Assembly: GCF_006345805.1 (NCBI RefSeq)
Contig: NC_043010.1
Coordinates: 19,282,001 to 19,346,000, forward strand
Length of the DNA: 64,000 nucleotides
Source of the DNA: Octopus sinensis
Taxonomy: Eukaryota
Direction: 5' to 3'
In this document: positions 12,453 through 27,170 of the stretch, in pieces
Position numbering within the stretch: the stretch's first letter is position 1
Layout of the letters: each line of letters begins with the position of its first letter
The notes under the pieces: model-generated
Seen by the model: only the letters and a program-made list of their open reading frames with translations
Told to the model about the DNA's origin: nothing
Databases searched by the model: none
Position numbers and translations under genes: made by a program

Positions 12453-12744
12453 ATAATAGTTATCGCCATACTAATATGGCATTCTTATAAAAATAGAAAA
12501 AAAGCTGTCCGTTTTAGCTCAATGAGCCATCGCCTTAAGTTAGCTATTTGATACACAAACTGTATCCATATAACCTTCGAACAAGTAGTGTGTGGAGCGA
12601 CTGACCTCCCTTGTTCGAAGGTTATATGGATACAGTTTGTGTATCAAATAGCTAATTAAGGCGATGGCCTCATGGAGCTAATAAGCGGACAGCTTTTTTC
12701 TTATTTTTATAAGAATGCCATATTAGTATGGCGATAACTATTAT
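12453..12744. repeat. Foldback, ~134 bp arms, 24 nt loop
   Basis: ataatagttatcgccatactaatatggc..ttcgaacaag / cttgttcgaa..gccatattagtatggcgataactattat. Confidence 0.85.
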
Positions 12745-12751
12745 ATATATA

Positions 12752-12780
<29 letters not shown>

Positions 12781-12782
<2 letters not shown>

Positions 12783-12966
12783 AGGCAAGGAAGAAAATGG
12801 AGAAGAGATTCGATTGACAATATCGGTAAGATCTGTTTACTATAATCATAGGAATAGAAAAATAAAATTGTATTCATTATTTTTTTATTTATTCCTATGA
12901 TTATTGTAAATAAATCTTACTGATGTTTGTCAATTGAATCTCTTCTCCATTTTCTTCCTTGCCTTA
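12781..12966. repeat. Foldback, ~80 bp arms, between (TA)n tracts
   Basis: taaggcaaggaagaaaatggagaagagattc / gaatctcttctccattttcttccttgcctta. Confidence 0.85.
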
Positions 12967-13588
12967 TATATATATATATATATATATATTTTCTCCTTTG
13001 CCTTATAAATTCTGGATAGACTTTTGTTTAGCTCCACTTGTATCTATTATCCAATTGCACCATTCCCGTGCATCAGTAAGCCTTTGAATATAAATAGGTA
13101 TCCCTCCAGTAGTATATTGGATATTTATTATCCCTTAGATGGTTGTCTAACCTCTAACTTTATATATATATATGCGTGTGTATGTGTATGTATGTGTGTA
13201 TATATATATCGTGACGTATATTTGCCATTTAAATGTGGCTAACTCCTAAGAGTGGATGCTACTATAGCTTGTAGCCGCAGGAGGACACCTCCTCCAGCTG
13301 GCTATTGACACACTTTCTGTGCCCTATCAGTATTTGCAAAGGGAAGCCACCCTTCCCGTCTTCAACCTATGATACACACGGATTCGAGCTTCTGGGTAGT
13401 GACCCGTCATCAGCGTGTGGCAATCAGTGGACTCTACATTTGTATCATGTATTGAGTACTACTTCTACACACACACACACAAATATATAGTGTGTGTAGG
13501 TGAGTTTTTCCCACACATATCTACACACACGCTTTGCTAATACCTCAAGTTTTTCTTTCTTAATTGCCAAAAAAGCTTCTTATAATGT

Positions 13589-14100
13589 ACTAGCAGTATC
13601 GCCCGGCGTTGCTCGGGTTTGTAAGGGAAATAACTATATAAGCATTTTTAGAGAGTTACTTCCCTTATAAATTCGGGCTTTCTTAGCCATTTTTGTTTGG
13701 GTCTTCATCAAGCCATGAAGTCGTTGTTCTAAAAGAACGCTGGTTTCCTTCACAACGCATTACGACGTTGATTTCTTTACACTCCCTTCCCCACAGCTTC
13801 ACGAGGGAGGGAAGAATGGGGAGAAGCAAACAGGTGCAGCTTTGAGTGTGGACGCCAACTCCGCCGCCATCGACACACGATGCATTTTATGCATTAAAAT
13901 GGAATAAAAAATGATGTTAAATTATTTTTAAAATCGTAGACTCATCGTTGACGCGCGCTAATAGTCAGACGGGCTCGATATGAATCACGACTATAAGATA
14001 CCCGAATTTGGTTAAACTGCACCGCAAAATGTGGGAGGAGTTAGGAATCTAAATCGAAGGGGACAGACACTCACACAACTAGAGTTTTATATATATAGAT
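13589..14100 (+). mobile_element. Helentron-associated / DINE-1-like non-autonomous element
   Basis: Starts actagcagtatcgcccggcgttgctcggg (5' hairpin) and ends gacagacactcacacaactagagttttatatatatagat. Confidence 0.6.
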
Positions 14101-14325
14101 ATCGAGTTCTTTGACCATTTACTTTGGCCTCCATGACAAATAGGAGTTCGGCCCGCGGGAGATTGCTTATGCTTGAATCCGGCCTCAAAAGCCAAACCTG
14201 TTTGATGCCACTGGGTAACAGGGTGTCATATCAATCTGGCCATCGGAATAAATAAGTACATGAAATTGGGTGACAGGCCGGGGGATGTTATGAGCTGAAC
14301 ATCATCATCATCGTTACCGTCTTCA

Positions 14326-14391
<66 letters not shown>

Positions 14392-14653
14392 ATATTATTT
14401 TCATTATCATCGTCATCATCATCATCATCATTATCATCATCACATCAGCACAGCAGCAGCAGTAGCAGCAACAGAAGCACCAGCATCAGTTCCCTTCTCT
14501 TCGTCGTCGTCGTCGTCATCATCATCATCATCACAATCATCATAATCGTCATAATCATCATCATCTTTATTATAGCTTAAATTTTTTTTTTGTAATTTAT
14601 AAGCACTTGTATTGCCTGATGATGATGATGATGATGGATGATGATGATGATGA

Positions 14654-14721
<68 letters not shown>

Positions 14722-16979
14722 TGATGATGATGATGATGATGATGTTGATGACGATGATAATGATGATGATTGTTATGGTAAAATAATAATTGTTTTCTAA
14801 TACACGTGAAGAATTCCATATTTTTCTTTTCATATTTTTGATATTTTTTAATAGTTTCTTGCTTTATGCTGTTTTCATAATTGTTTCTTATTTTAAACTA
14901 CAATTTGCATCTTTCTCTCTCTCTCTCCCTTGCTCCCCACCTCTCTCTCTCTCTCCCTTGCTCCCCACCTCTCACTCTCTCTCTCTCTCTCTCCGTGTAA
15001 TTATATTTTTAAGTCATTAAATCTGATTCCAGGAAACTTCGGTGCAATATCTTTACTCCAGGGAAATTACTGGAGAAAATAAACAACAACAACAACATCC
15101 TCATCCCAGCAACATCATCAACAACAGCAAATCCAACAAGGAGCATATTGGCAGAATTGTTGGAACTAAACAAAATTCCTTTCAACATTTGTTCCGACAC
15201 TCAGGGTTCTGAGTTCAAATCCGACACGGATCAATATTGCCTTTTATTCTTTCCGGACCAGAGCATTGAATCGGTGGAATTGTCAAAGACATAGGCAGGT
15301 TACCTTGTGGTGTTTGTGCATGTTTTATATATTCTAAGATGTTTGGGAAGTGAGACTTAATCCATCGCCCAATTTAAGACTCACGAGCCGGTCCTTGCGG
15401 GTAGGGACTTTAGTGGGGTTCCCTATGAGGTTTTGAAGATGTTATAAAAAAAAGAGAAAATGTACGAACATGGCCTGTCCTTCCATCCCCGAATATACGA
15501 TGAAAAATAAAACTCAAAATATCTGAAACAACATTATTTACTGCGTCACGTTCTGAGTTCAAATTCCACGGAGGTCGACTCTAGCTTTCATCCTTTCGGG
15601 ATTGATAGATTATGTACCAGTTGAGTACCGGGGTCGATGTTGTCGACTAGATACCCACTTCCCCAAATTTCAGGCCTTGTGCCTATAATAGAAAGGATTA
15701 TTTACTACGCTGTCATCATCATCATCATCATCATCACTTAACAAAACATATAGGTATTGCTGTGTGTGTGTGTTTGTGTATGTGCGTGAATGTGTGTGTG
15801 TATGTGTGTGTTTTCTTAGCAGCCAAAGGTTCCGAGTTCGATTACAGAACGCGTTAAGTTAGGACGTCTTTTGTTTTTGTCATAACGTAGAGTCATCCCA
15901 AACCTTGCTGGTAAATTTAACTGGAAGGAAACAGTCGGGTGGATTGTACCTGCCGTGTCGCATATATTGCTACCCGTTGTCACGCTGATTCCAGCTGACA
16001 ATTGCTTGAAAGGTGGGGCTGGGGACATGTATATATCTGGAGAAAAGTCGAACATTTCCACTAGAATATAATGAACACAATGTAACAAAGTAAAGAGATT
16101 TATGTTTGTACGTATGTATATATGTATATGCGAATGTATGTATGTGTACATGTATGTATGTTTGTATACACGTACGCATGTACGTATGTGTGTATGTACG
16201 CATATATCTGCGTGTATGTGTGTATGTGTGTGTGTACGTATGTGCCGATTAGTTAATGCGAATATGCTTCTGTACAGGGTTCCCTTTCAAGTGTGTGTAC
16301 ATATGTTGGGGGGTAGAATGGCCCAGTGTTTAGGGTAGTGGACTCGCGGTCGTAGGATCGCGGTTTCGATTCCCTGGTCGGGCGTTGTGAGTGTTTATTG
16401 AACGAAAACACCTAAAGCACCACGAAACTAAAGAGGCAAAGTGACTTTTGAGCCACCCTACAATATATGTGGGTACATGTATGTGCGTTTACGTATACAT
16501 GTATATTATACACTCACACACACCCGCCAACAATGTAGATTACGTCCCTCCACAAGGTTATATCATGCATATGTCGTGACAAGACATTTGCCACCAACAA
16601 ATTACTCCACAGAAATGTCCTTATGATTAAACAAAAGCCATAAATATTTTAAATATTTTGCATTATGTAACACGGATATCGTTTCCTGGCAAGTTTATAA
16701 ACATAGCTGTTTCTGTCTGTGTGTCCGAGTGTATTTGAATTAACTTCAGTTCCGTAGAATTGGTCACACAAATGGCATATCTTTTATTATCAACATTAAT
16801 GGTCATCTATTAAATTTCTTTATCCTTGTCATATTAAGCAACATACTTTCACACGTACACACACGCCTACGCATTCATACAATATTTATATCCGTTGACG
16901 ACATGCACACAGACACATGCAATTATATATATATTATATATATGCGCAACTCCATTGTCTCCCGAGACAAAAAGGATGC

Positions 16980-17113
<134 letters not shown>

Positions 17114-17179
17114 ATATGTATATATATATATGTGTGTGTGGTGTGTGTGTGTATATATATATATGTATATATATATATA

Positions 17180-17345
17180 GGCGTAGGCGTGGCTGTGTGG
17201 TAGGAAGCTTGCTTACCAACTACATGGTCTCGGGTTCAGTGCCACTGCGTGGCAATTTGGGCAAGTGTCTTCTATTATAGCTTCGAGCCGACCAAAGCTT
17301 TGTGAGTGGATTTGGTAGAAGGAAACTGAAAGAAGCCCGTCATAT

Positions 17346-17397
<52 letters not shown>

Positions 17398-17575
17398 TAT
17401 GTGTGTATCGGTGTGTTTACGTCCCTGTAACATAGCTGTTCGGCAAAAGACTGATAGAATAAGTACCAGGCTTACAAAGAATAAAGTCCTGGGGTCGATT
17501 TCTTCGACTAAAAGGTGGTGCTCCAGCGTGGCCGCAGTCAAACGACTGAAACAAATAAAAGAATAAAAGAATATA
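17180..17575 (+). mobile_element. tRNA-derived SINE family B (bipartite, internal (TA)/(TG) microsatellite)
   Basis: ggcgtaggcgtggctgtgtggtaggaagc..gggttcagtgccactgcg..ttgggcaagtgtctt..; tail ggtgctccagcgtggccgcagtcaaacgactgaaac. Other copies near 20350-20700, 33665-34055(-), 36170-36375(-), 37430-38120(-, three pieces), 48310-48550(-), 49150-49390(-), 60170-60540. Confidence 0.8.
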
Positions 17576-17640
17576 CATATACATACATACATATATCTAT
17601 CTGTCTACCTACCTATCTACCTATCTACCTATCTATCTAT

Positions 17641-17690
<50 letters not shown>

Positions 17691-17701
17691 ATATAATATA
17701 T

Positions 17702-17748
<47 letters not shown>

Positions 17749-17853
17749 AATTATGGAAGCACTCCGTCGGTTACGACGACGAGGGTTCCGGTTGATCCGA
17801 TCAACGGAACAGCCTGCTCGTGAAATTAACGTGTAAGTGGCTGAGCACTCCAC

Positions 17854-17920
<67 letters not shown>

Positions 17921-18268
17921 ACATCAGAGTAAGCATAGAAATGTGAAACAAGGTGGATTAAAATAGTACTCGAATACCGGAGATAGAGTAAATGCTTTAT
18001 CAATAAAGCTGCAAAGACATCACAAAAACTGTCCGACGAACAGGAACAAGAAACTCTGAGTTTTAGTGATGTCTTTGTAGCTTTATTAATGTGTATGAGT
18101 GTGTGTGTGTACAGAGAGAGATCGATGTGCAATCAATATTTCATGCACACATGCAATATTCATTACACATTATGGTGTTGTAGTTGATGATGATGATGAT
18201 GATGGTAATGGTGATGATGATGATCGTGATGGTGATGAGTGTGATAGTGATGATGATGGTGGTGATGG

Positions 18269-18301
<33 letters not shown>

Positions 18302-18824
18302 CAACGAGGAGACAGTATATAATGTTGTTGCTGATATTTTGAGTTTTATTTTCCACCGTTTAATCGGCCATTAATGGTCGTACGTGTTATCGTATAACAT
18401 CTTCGAGACTCGTTCGCAACTCCACTAAAGCACCCCCCCCCCCGCCCAAGAACCAGCTTACGGTGTTCAATCGGACGACGGATTAAGTCTCACTTCACAA
18501 ATATAAAATCATTGAATATAAACAACAAAAAAAACACAAAATAGAATAGAAGAAACACCACAAGGTACATTGTCTCTGTCTCTGATGATTCCACCAATTC
18601 CTTGTTTTAGTCTGCTACGCTATATTCTGTGAGTGGATAGGATGAATGTCGAAGGCGATCAGTGCGCGGTTTGAACTCAAAACGCAGAGTATCAGAACAA
18701 ATGGCGAAAGGAATTTTGCTTTGTTTTATCAACTCCGCCATTTTGAGAACTGGTTTTTTTTCTGTTATTTTTGCTAGTTGTTCTTGTTGTTGTTGCTGTT
18801 ATTACTGTAGCGGTGGTGGTCAAG

Positions 18825-18826
18825 AA

Positions 18827-18857
<31 letters not shown>

Positions 18858-18975
18858 AAGAAGAAGAAGAAGAAGAAGAAGAAGAAGAAGAAGAAGAAGA
18901 AGATGATGATGATGATGATGATGAAGATGTGGATGATGATGAAGATGTGGATGATGATGATGATGATGATGATAT
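18825..18975. repeat. (GAA)n-(GAT)n compound microsatellite, representative of dozens of (TA)n, (CA)n, (TACA)n, (TAGA)n, (TAA)n, (CAT)n and (TTAG)n tracts
   Basis: Direct reading; these tracts explain most low-complexity ORFs in the track. Confidence 0.95.
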
Positions 18976-19156
18976 TTTTGTTATTGTCGCTTATTTTTTC
19001 CAGTAATTTCCTCGGAGAAAAACTATTTCACTAAACTTTCCTGGAATCAGATTTAATGGCTGAGAAATATAATTACTTGGAAACACTCAAAAAAAAGGAA
19101 CACACACGCACACATACACACACACAAACACACACATACACACAAAATATATATAT

Positions 19157-19521
19157 ACTAGCACTATGACCCGGCGTTGCCGGGTCATAGTGCTAGTGCA
19201 TGCATATACAGCTGCGTGCGTGCGCACATACACGCGAGTACTGTCCAAATCTCTGACCAATCACATACAGGTAGCTGGCATTCAATTGGCGTATCAAGTT
19301 TCGGGCATTTTGATTGGGTTTTGGATAGAAAATTCACAAAAAGTCACTTCTATTGATTTTTTAATGGCTTTGCGGGGTGACTGGGGAAATGTAAAGATGT
19401 ACATAACCACCCTTGGACGGTTTTGAAGACCATAGAAAGTGCGAGCCCTCTAACTGAAAAATGTGGATTTGTATAAAGGACACACACACAGACATTTTGC
19501 CGTTTATATATATAAGAAGAT
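19157..19521 (+). mobile_element. Second Helentron-like non-autonomous element with a perfect 5' hairpin
   Basis: actagcactatgacccggc-gtt-gccgggtcatagtgctagt (19 bp arms); ends cacagacattttgccgtttatatatataagaagat. Confidence 0.6.
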
Positions 19522-19547
19522 ATATGTATAGAATAAGGCACAGAAAT

Positions 19548-19590
<43 letters not shown>

Positions 19591-20180
19591 AGAGGTTGTG
19601 TATAAGTATATATATCTGTGCATATATTTATTTTATATGTGTGTGTATAGATATACGCATTTATATATATATGTGTGTGTGTGAGTGTGTATGTGTGTGT
19701 GTGTATGTATGTATGTATGTATGTATGTATGTATGTATGTATGTATGTATGTATGTATGCAAAGCATTGTGAGTGGATTTGTTGGACAGAAACTGAAGAT
19801 ACAGCACACGATCTCAGATCAAGTCACTCGCTATGCAAGTACATCTTCGTATATATGCATATATAATTGTGTGTGTGTGTGTGTGTCTGTGTGCGTGTGT
19901 GAGTGTGTGTATGTATGTATTTGTTTTGGTGTGTCTGTGTTTGCCCCCCCCCCCACCATCGCTTGACAACCGATGTTTGTGTGTTTACATCCCCGTATTC
20001 TAGCAGTTCGGCAAAATAAACCAATAGAATAAGTGCTAAGCTTCCAAAGAATAAGTCCGGTGCTCCAGCATGGCCGCAGTCAAATGACTGACACGAGTAA
20101 AAGAATATAAAGAATATATTTATATGTATGTATGTGTGTGTGTATGTATGTATGCATGCATGCATGCGTATATATACATA

Positions 20181-20238
<58 letters not shown>

Positions 20239-21216
20239 TGTATGTATGTATGTATGTACGTACGTATGTATGTATATCTGTATTTTACATATGTGTGTGT
20301 GTGTGAGAGAGTATGTATGAAGATTTACGTATACAATAGGGCAAATACAATAGCGTAGTTGTGTGATAAGAAACTTGCTTCCCAACCACATGGTTCCAGG
20401 TTCAGTCCCACTGCGTAGCAACTTTGGCAAGTGTCTTTTACTCCGGCTTCGGGTCGACCAAGAACTTGGGTGGATTTAGTTGACGGAAACTGTAAGAAGC
20501 TACTCGTATATGTGCATGCATCTTTGTGTTTGTCCCCCACCCCACCCCACAACCACTTGGTAAATGGTATTGATGTTTTTGCAATCCGAGAATTAGCGGT
20601 TCGTCAAAAGATATCGATAGAATAAATGCCAGGCTGAAAAAATAAAAAATAAGAACTGGGGTCCTTTCGTTCGACTAAAAATTCTTCAGGGTTTTGCCCC
20701 AACATGGGCGCAATCTTGTGACGGAAGCAAGTAAAAGATTAAAGGTTATCTTGACTACAGTATCAAATGTGTTCTTTTTTATTAAGGTAGCAGCATGTGG
20801 TGGCTTTGGGGAAGATTTAGTTGTTCTTTCCTGCATGTTGGGTGTCTACGTACAGGTTCCCGCATTAGATCGCTTACAAATGAGCTAATTACCAACATGG
20901 ACGTCAAATATGCAAATCTGTGTGGTGTAGGGAATATATATCTAAGACAGGTCAAGCAGCCAATCAGCTAACGATTTTAGAGGTCATGTGATTTATATAC
21001 GGTCGGGTCGTTAACCATAGTATAGATGTGAGGTTTGTAACTTGATGATGATGATAATCTTTTCTGCTATAAACACAAGACCTAAAATGTTTGGGGAGGG
21101 GGCCAGTCGATCAGATCGATCCCAACTGGTACTTATTTTATCGACCCCGAAAGGATGAAAGGTAAAGTCGACTTCGACGGAACTTGAACTCATAAGGATT
21201 CTGCCAGCGCACCACC

Positions 21217-21277
<61 letters not shown>

Positions 21278-21296
21278 AATAATAATAATAATAATA

Positions 21297-21500
21297 AAGT
21301 TGTGGTCGCTGAAAAAGGTGGTAGTAGTACCAATAATTGTCGGAGCCCTGGGAACAGGGAGTAAAAGTCTTGAGAAGTACATGAAACAAATAGGAGCTGC
21401 AATAAGGGTGAAGCACTTGCAGAAAACAGCTCTGCTTGGAACGGCTCGAATACTCCGGATGGTCCTCGAAAAATAAGGGTGTTAGCTTAGTTCACTGGTA
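21297..21500 (+). mobile_element. R4/Dong subfamily A extreme 3' fragment after (AAT)n
   Basis: LWSLKKVVVVPIIVGALGT..HLQKTALLGTARILR*; matches 41640-41735 plus 42577-42680. Confidence 0.8.
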
Positions 21501-21509
21501 GTGAGAGAG

Positions 21510-22440
21510 TCACTTGTATTCGAAAGTTGTTTGTCCTTCACCTCACAGTCTTCTCCCAGTAGCCGTTCGGCACAAGCCCACAGGCCCGAAATGGTTGGAC
21601 ACTGCACGAGTGTGTGCAGAACGGTTTCGTCGCTCCGACTGCATCTCGGCAAGTCGGTCCGATGTGTCTCGAACCGTGCCTGTAGAGCTTATCCCGAACA
21701 GGTAATGCTTCTCGATGGCACTGTCATGCCAGGGATCTCTGGTGATTGTCCGAAAGTTGTCCTGAACAGGCGGGTCAGGTGTTCCTCGTTGACGCCCAGA
21801 TTCTGCCCGAGAACGTCGTCTCACCTCCCCTCCACTAATCCTCTATAGAACGCTTTTGTGGAATTGAAGTCGCACAAGTTTGGTTCCGGACGGCAGAGTT
21901 GCTTGGGAGCAAGGCGGCACTCGTGGTGCCATTCGCCTAGCCTCGGTCTCTGTTTGATCCACGACTGCAATTCGGCCAAAGAGACGAGCTGCGAGAAAGC
22001 GCGCCTCACAAACGGCGACCACACCTGTTCACTGTCGTCTATGAAGCGCCGGAGATATCGCAGTCTCAGCGCATATCTGTGCATCATCAACCAAGGTATG
22101 CCTAGCCCTCCATTTAGCGGGTGTTGGCAGCAAATGGATCGCCTAACTATCGGAACGCTTCCCTTTCACAGGAAGCGGAAGAGTATGCGTTCCAGTTTGG
22201 TTATGGTAGGGACGGGTCAAGGCACGACGGTCAGACGATAATCGATGACGGATGCGATGTACGCGTTCGCCACCTCCGCCCGACCTTTTATGGATAGCTT
22301 CCTCTCGGCCCATTGCTGGGTGAGAATCGCCACACTAGTCGTTATCTTGCCCCGGTTCTTCTCCATTTGGAGGTCCGGACAGAACCAGACTCCAAGCAAT
22401 TTAACCGGTCCGTCGGTCCAGCGTCCCACGATGGAGACAT
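21510..22440 (-). mobile_element. L1/Tx1-clade LINE fragment (RT C-terminus to CCHC knuckle)
   Basis: PVKLLGVWF, LSIKGRAEVANAY, PLNGGLGIP, ETVLHTLVQCP; several stops. Confidence 0.8.
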
Positions 22441-23167
22441 TGATTGATAGATAGAAACAGTTGCGAATATATATTTATTCTATAAAGACAAACGATACTT
22501 GGGAAGCCATTGATAGTAGTGCGAATGTGTGAATACGTGTGCAAATATATGTCAGTGTGAATGTGTGTGTGTGTTGGAACAAGTATATGTCAATATTTGT
22601 AAGTATATAGTGACTCTGTGTGTGTGTTTTGTTGTATGTAATTGTCTCTGTCTCTGCACTTGAGTTTCCACACCTGCAGTGTGCATCTAGTTACCTGTAT
22701 GCGCCTGTATAATATGTGCAACACATATTATACATACGCGCACACGCATACCAACATACCTGCATGCATACATTCATACATACATATGTATGTATATGCA
22801 CGTATGTCTCAGTGTATTAGTGCACGTGTACATATATGTATGTGTGTGTATGCACGTATACCTCAGTGTATGTTTGTGCACGTGTATGTATGCATGTGTG
22901 TGTGTGAATGTGTGCGCATGCGTGTGATCCGGGTACTAGAAAGTGTCGATATGATTTGAGATGGAGAAAGAGGTGGTGAGAGGGTTGGAGTCGGGGGAGA
23001 GTGTGGCGTTGATTGAGAGAGTGACCTCGATAGGTCAGCAGCTTCTAATTGAGCTGGACATCGGTCACTTCAGTTCTGACACATTCAATGGACAACAGAG
23101 CTTAACACTTGCCTTATTTCTGCTTCCATAGCTTCCTCGTCCATTCACGTCGCTCGTGTGTATCTGT

Positions 23168-23243
<76 letters not shown>

Positions 23244-23341
23244 TACTATATAGGGAAAGAGAGGGTATCGCAGAAATAGACAAACAGGCAGACAGGCAGG
23301 CAGACAGACAGACAGACAGACAGACAGGCAGACAGACAGAC

Positions 23342-23412
<71 letters not shown>

Positions 23413-24856
23413 GAAGTATGTGTACGTAGGAATTTCATACTGAATGTGTGTGGGGGGGGTACTTGAATTGTGTGTGTGTATGGGTGGCCGTGTAAAGGTG
23501 GGGGGCGTTTGTGTATGTCTTTGCGTGCGAAGTCCAAAGAACAATTAGAAGAGTAATTAAGAAGGCGATAAGTAAACGCGGACATTAAGTGGCTCCTAAA
23601 TAATTGGTTGATGGATGTTTAATGTTGTTAATTGGTCGCAGCTTCCCATTTAGAAGGGAAGGTCACGTGTTCTACCACAACTACCACCACCGGCATAAGT
23701 ATTGGGGATGGTGGTGTTTGTAGTACGGGTGGTGGCAGTGGTAGTGGTGCATATGATGTTATGGCTGGCATTGGAGGTGATGATGGGACTACTTATGGTA
23801 CTGATGGCTGGTTGTAGTGATACTGGTGATGGCGATGCTGATGGGGTACCGTGATGGCTGATGTGGTTGTGGTGGCGAGCTGGCAGAAACGTTAGCACAC
23901 CAGGCGAAACGCTTAGTGGTATTTCGTCTGTCGTTACGTTGTAAGTTCAAATTCCGCCGAGGTCGACTTTGCCTTTCATCCTTTCGGGGTCTATAAATTA
24001 AGTACCAGTTACGCACTGGGGTCGATGTGATCGACTTAATCCCTTTGTCTGTCCTTGTTTGTCTCCTCTATGTTTAGCCCCTTGTGTATAGTAAAGAAAT
24101 AGGTTGTGGTGGTGTGCAGGAAGTGATAGAATGCTTCAATAGGGTTCGTAGTTGTGATAAATAAAGGTTTTAGTGAGAAGGGGAGTTAGTTTACATCCCT
24201 TTCATACAGTTCACGGAAGCTGTAGCTCTTGGACACTCCAATGAGTTCTCCACAATTAAGGCCTTCACATCTACACGCTTGCTTATTTTTTTTATTCTTT
24301 TACTAATTTCAGTAAGATATAGCAGCCATACTGGTACGCCGCCATAAGCGTAAATGTTTGTTTATTTTAGGTTCACTTCTTGGCCCCGTCTCCGGAATCG
24401 GTCTTGGTAAAGAAGTGAGTTGCACAGAGCTGCCCTCATCTGTGTTTCTTGTCGTAATGTTGCTTCATCTGGTCGATCAATTTCCTTCAGTTGTTTTGAA
24501 CATATCCATATAACATTCCACGTGATCCCCTGAGGCCTTTTGGTAAGGCGTGATAGACCATTCAACCCTAAACTGTTACAGTATTGAATCCTTCTTCTGG
24601 ACGGAGTGGACAGGACTTTTGGGTGTATGCAATGGCGTCCGGTCCGGTGATTGGTATAGATTTCAATCTCAAAGTTGATTGCTAGATCTCTCGGAATCTA
24701 CCATTTCTTCACCTCTGATTAGAACCCAATGCTTCAGGATGTCCGCCCTTTTTTCAATCTACGGAGAAATAGCTTAATTGACCTGCTTTATATATCAATT
24801 ATATAGGTTATAAATAAATAAATAAATACATATATATATATATATATTTCTCTCTC

Positions 24857-24954
<98 letters not shown>

Positions 24955-26009
24955 AGTCATTACAGATATAGGGTGAAATATAATTAATTTAATAAAATCA
25001 ACAAATTTCACCTAGTAGTATTTCGGTATGGAAAAGGACCATATTCAGTAAAAATTTATATAATTATAATAATAAGGGTTTTTTGCAACAAGTTGCTTAA
25101 ACCACATACCGAAAATTTTAGAAATAGCAGCCAAAAGACTACTATTTCCTTTTACCACAAAAATAAGTCTCCACAGACAACAATATTTGTAACTCACATA
25201 TGGCAAAAAAGAAGAAAAATAATGAAATCACACAGTCTTCGGTTAATTATGGTTAATTATATAATACAAAATGGGATAAGAACGCAAAACATCCGGTCAG
25301 TTAGGTGATACAAAAATGGGATAACAAAACACACGCCAGCTTAATTTAATTCATCCTTAGTCGAAAGACACCTGTTGTTATGTTCTGTTATTATTATTTT
25401 TATTATATTTAAGTAACATTCTCCGTTTTTTTCCGTCCTTGTTTATATATATATATAAACGAAGAAAGCGTTGGTGGCTCTGGTGGTGGTGTTTGTGATA
25501 CTGATAATGATGATGGTTACGATGACAGGAATTGTGTGACGTGGTGGGTGTGCTATAGTTTAGCATCATGTAGTGTGGTGCCTGTGGTGCCGCATGGTGC
25601 CGCGTTGTGAGGAGAACTATTGTTAGGAGTGATGGAGGATCATGGTGAGAGCATTGTGTATTTCTGAGGGGGATGGATTGTTGCCGAGCGACGGAGTGGT
25701 GTTGCGTAGGTGGGGTGTGTGGTTTGAGAGTTGATGGAGATTTGTTCATCCATAAAATGAAAGGATTACAAGATTAATAAATTCAGAATCCAGTTACCGT
25801 GTCGAGAAAACAAACGAAGACAATAAACAATATGGTGGAAATATTGGGGAGATAAGTAAGTGCGGGGGCGGGGAGAGTGAGGGAGCGGACATAGCAGCGG
25901 GGGAATATGACAAGATGATGATGAAGATGATGATGATGACGCTGATGATGATGGTGGCGATGGTGCGAGCGTATTGGTGGTGGTTGTGATGACAATAGTA
26001 GTAGTAGTT

Positions 26010-26047
<38 letters not shown>

Positions 26048-26335
26048 GGTGGTGGTGGTGGTGGTGGTGGTGGTGGTAGAAGAATTTCTAACACAAAATC
26101 AATAGATTCTTATACATACATACATACATACATACATACATACATACATACATACATACATACATACATAATACTTACATACACGTGTATATACATGCAC
26201 GTGTACTTACATGTATAGACACACACATTTAACTAACTTTATTTATCAAGCATATATGTACATTTATATAGATATGTATATATATAGAGACATGTGTATA
26301 TATATACACCACACACACATATATATATATAATAT

Positions 26336-26367
<32 letters not shown>

Positions 26368-26391
26368 AAGATATATACATATACGTCATAC

Positions 26392-26432
<41 letters not shown>

Positions 26433-26600
26433 ATATATATATATATATATATATACATACAAATAGTTCATAGATGAGAATTAGATGTTCTCCGTATAGA
26501 ATACACTTATTTGAGCTGAAGAGGTTTGAACTTAAGAGGGGTAGAGGAGTATATTGACCTGCCTAACTTGCTTAACTTACATTTACTTATATATATATTA

Positions 26601-26646
<46 letters not shown>

Positions 26647-26740
26647 GTACAAACATACATACATACAAAATACATACATACATACGTACAAACATACATA
26701 CATACATACATACATACATACATACATACATACTAAGATA

Positions 26741-27046
26741 GAGTAAAAATTAAAAATTGAGGAAATTGAAAATGCTTGAGGCCTAAAATCTTACTGTATA
26801 TTATTTCTAGAAAAATGTTTAATTTTCGATTAGATCAGTCAAGAGTATTTACTACCTCAAGCCCCTCAAACTCTGCTATTGTAAAAAATTTACAAAAGTC
26901 CCCAATTTTGGGAGTTTAGGGGTCTTGATGAAGTAAATGCTCTTAATTGGTCTCAGAGAAATTTTGGAATTTTTCTAGTAATTAAATATAGTAATATTTT
27001 AGTTCTCAGGCATTTTCAATTTCCACAATTTTTTTAAATCTCACTC
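26741..27046. repeat. Older imperfect foldback, ~300 bp (MITE relic)
   Basis: ggaaattgaaaatgcttgag / ctcaggcattttcaatttcc and several internal matched blocks. Confidence 0.7.
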
Positions 27047-27170
27047 CACCCTAATATATACACGTATAGTTAATTACAACAACGGAGAAAAAAGACAAGA
27101 AAAAAAAACAACGCGAGGACGTAGCACGTGCGAAATATTAATGAGACCCTCAGAGAAAGAAAAGAGTGGG

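Noticed and set aside
24371-24414. 44 nt segment with a good acceptor (tttgtttattttag) and donor (gtgagt)
   Set aside because: Frame-shifting, no homology, and expected by chance; needs junction reads.
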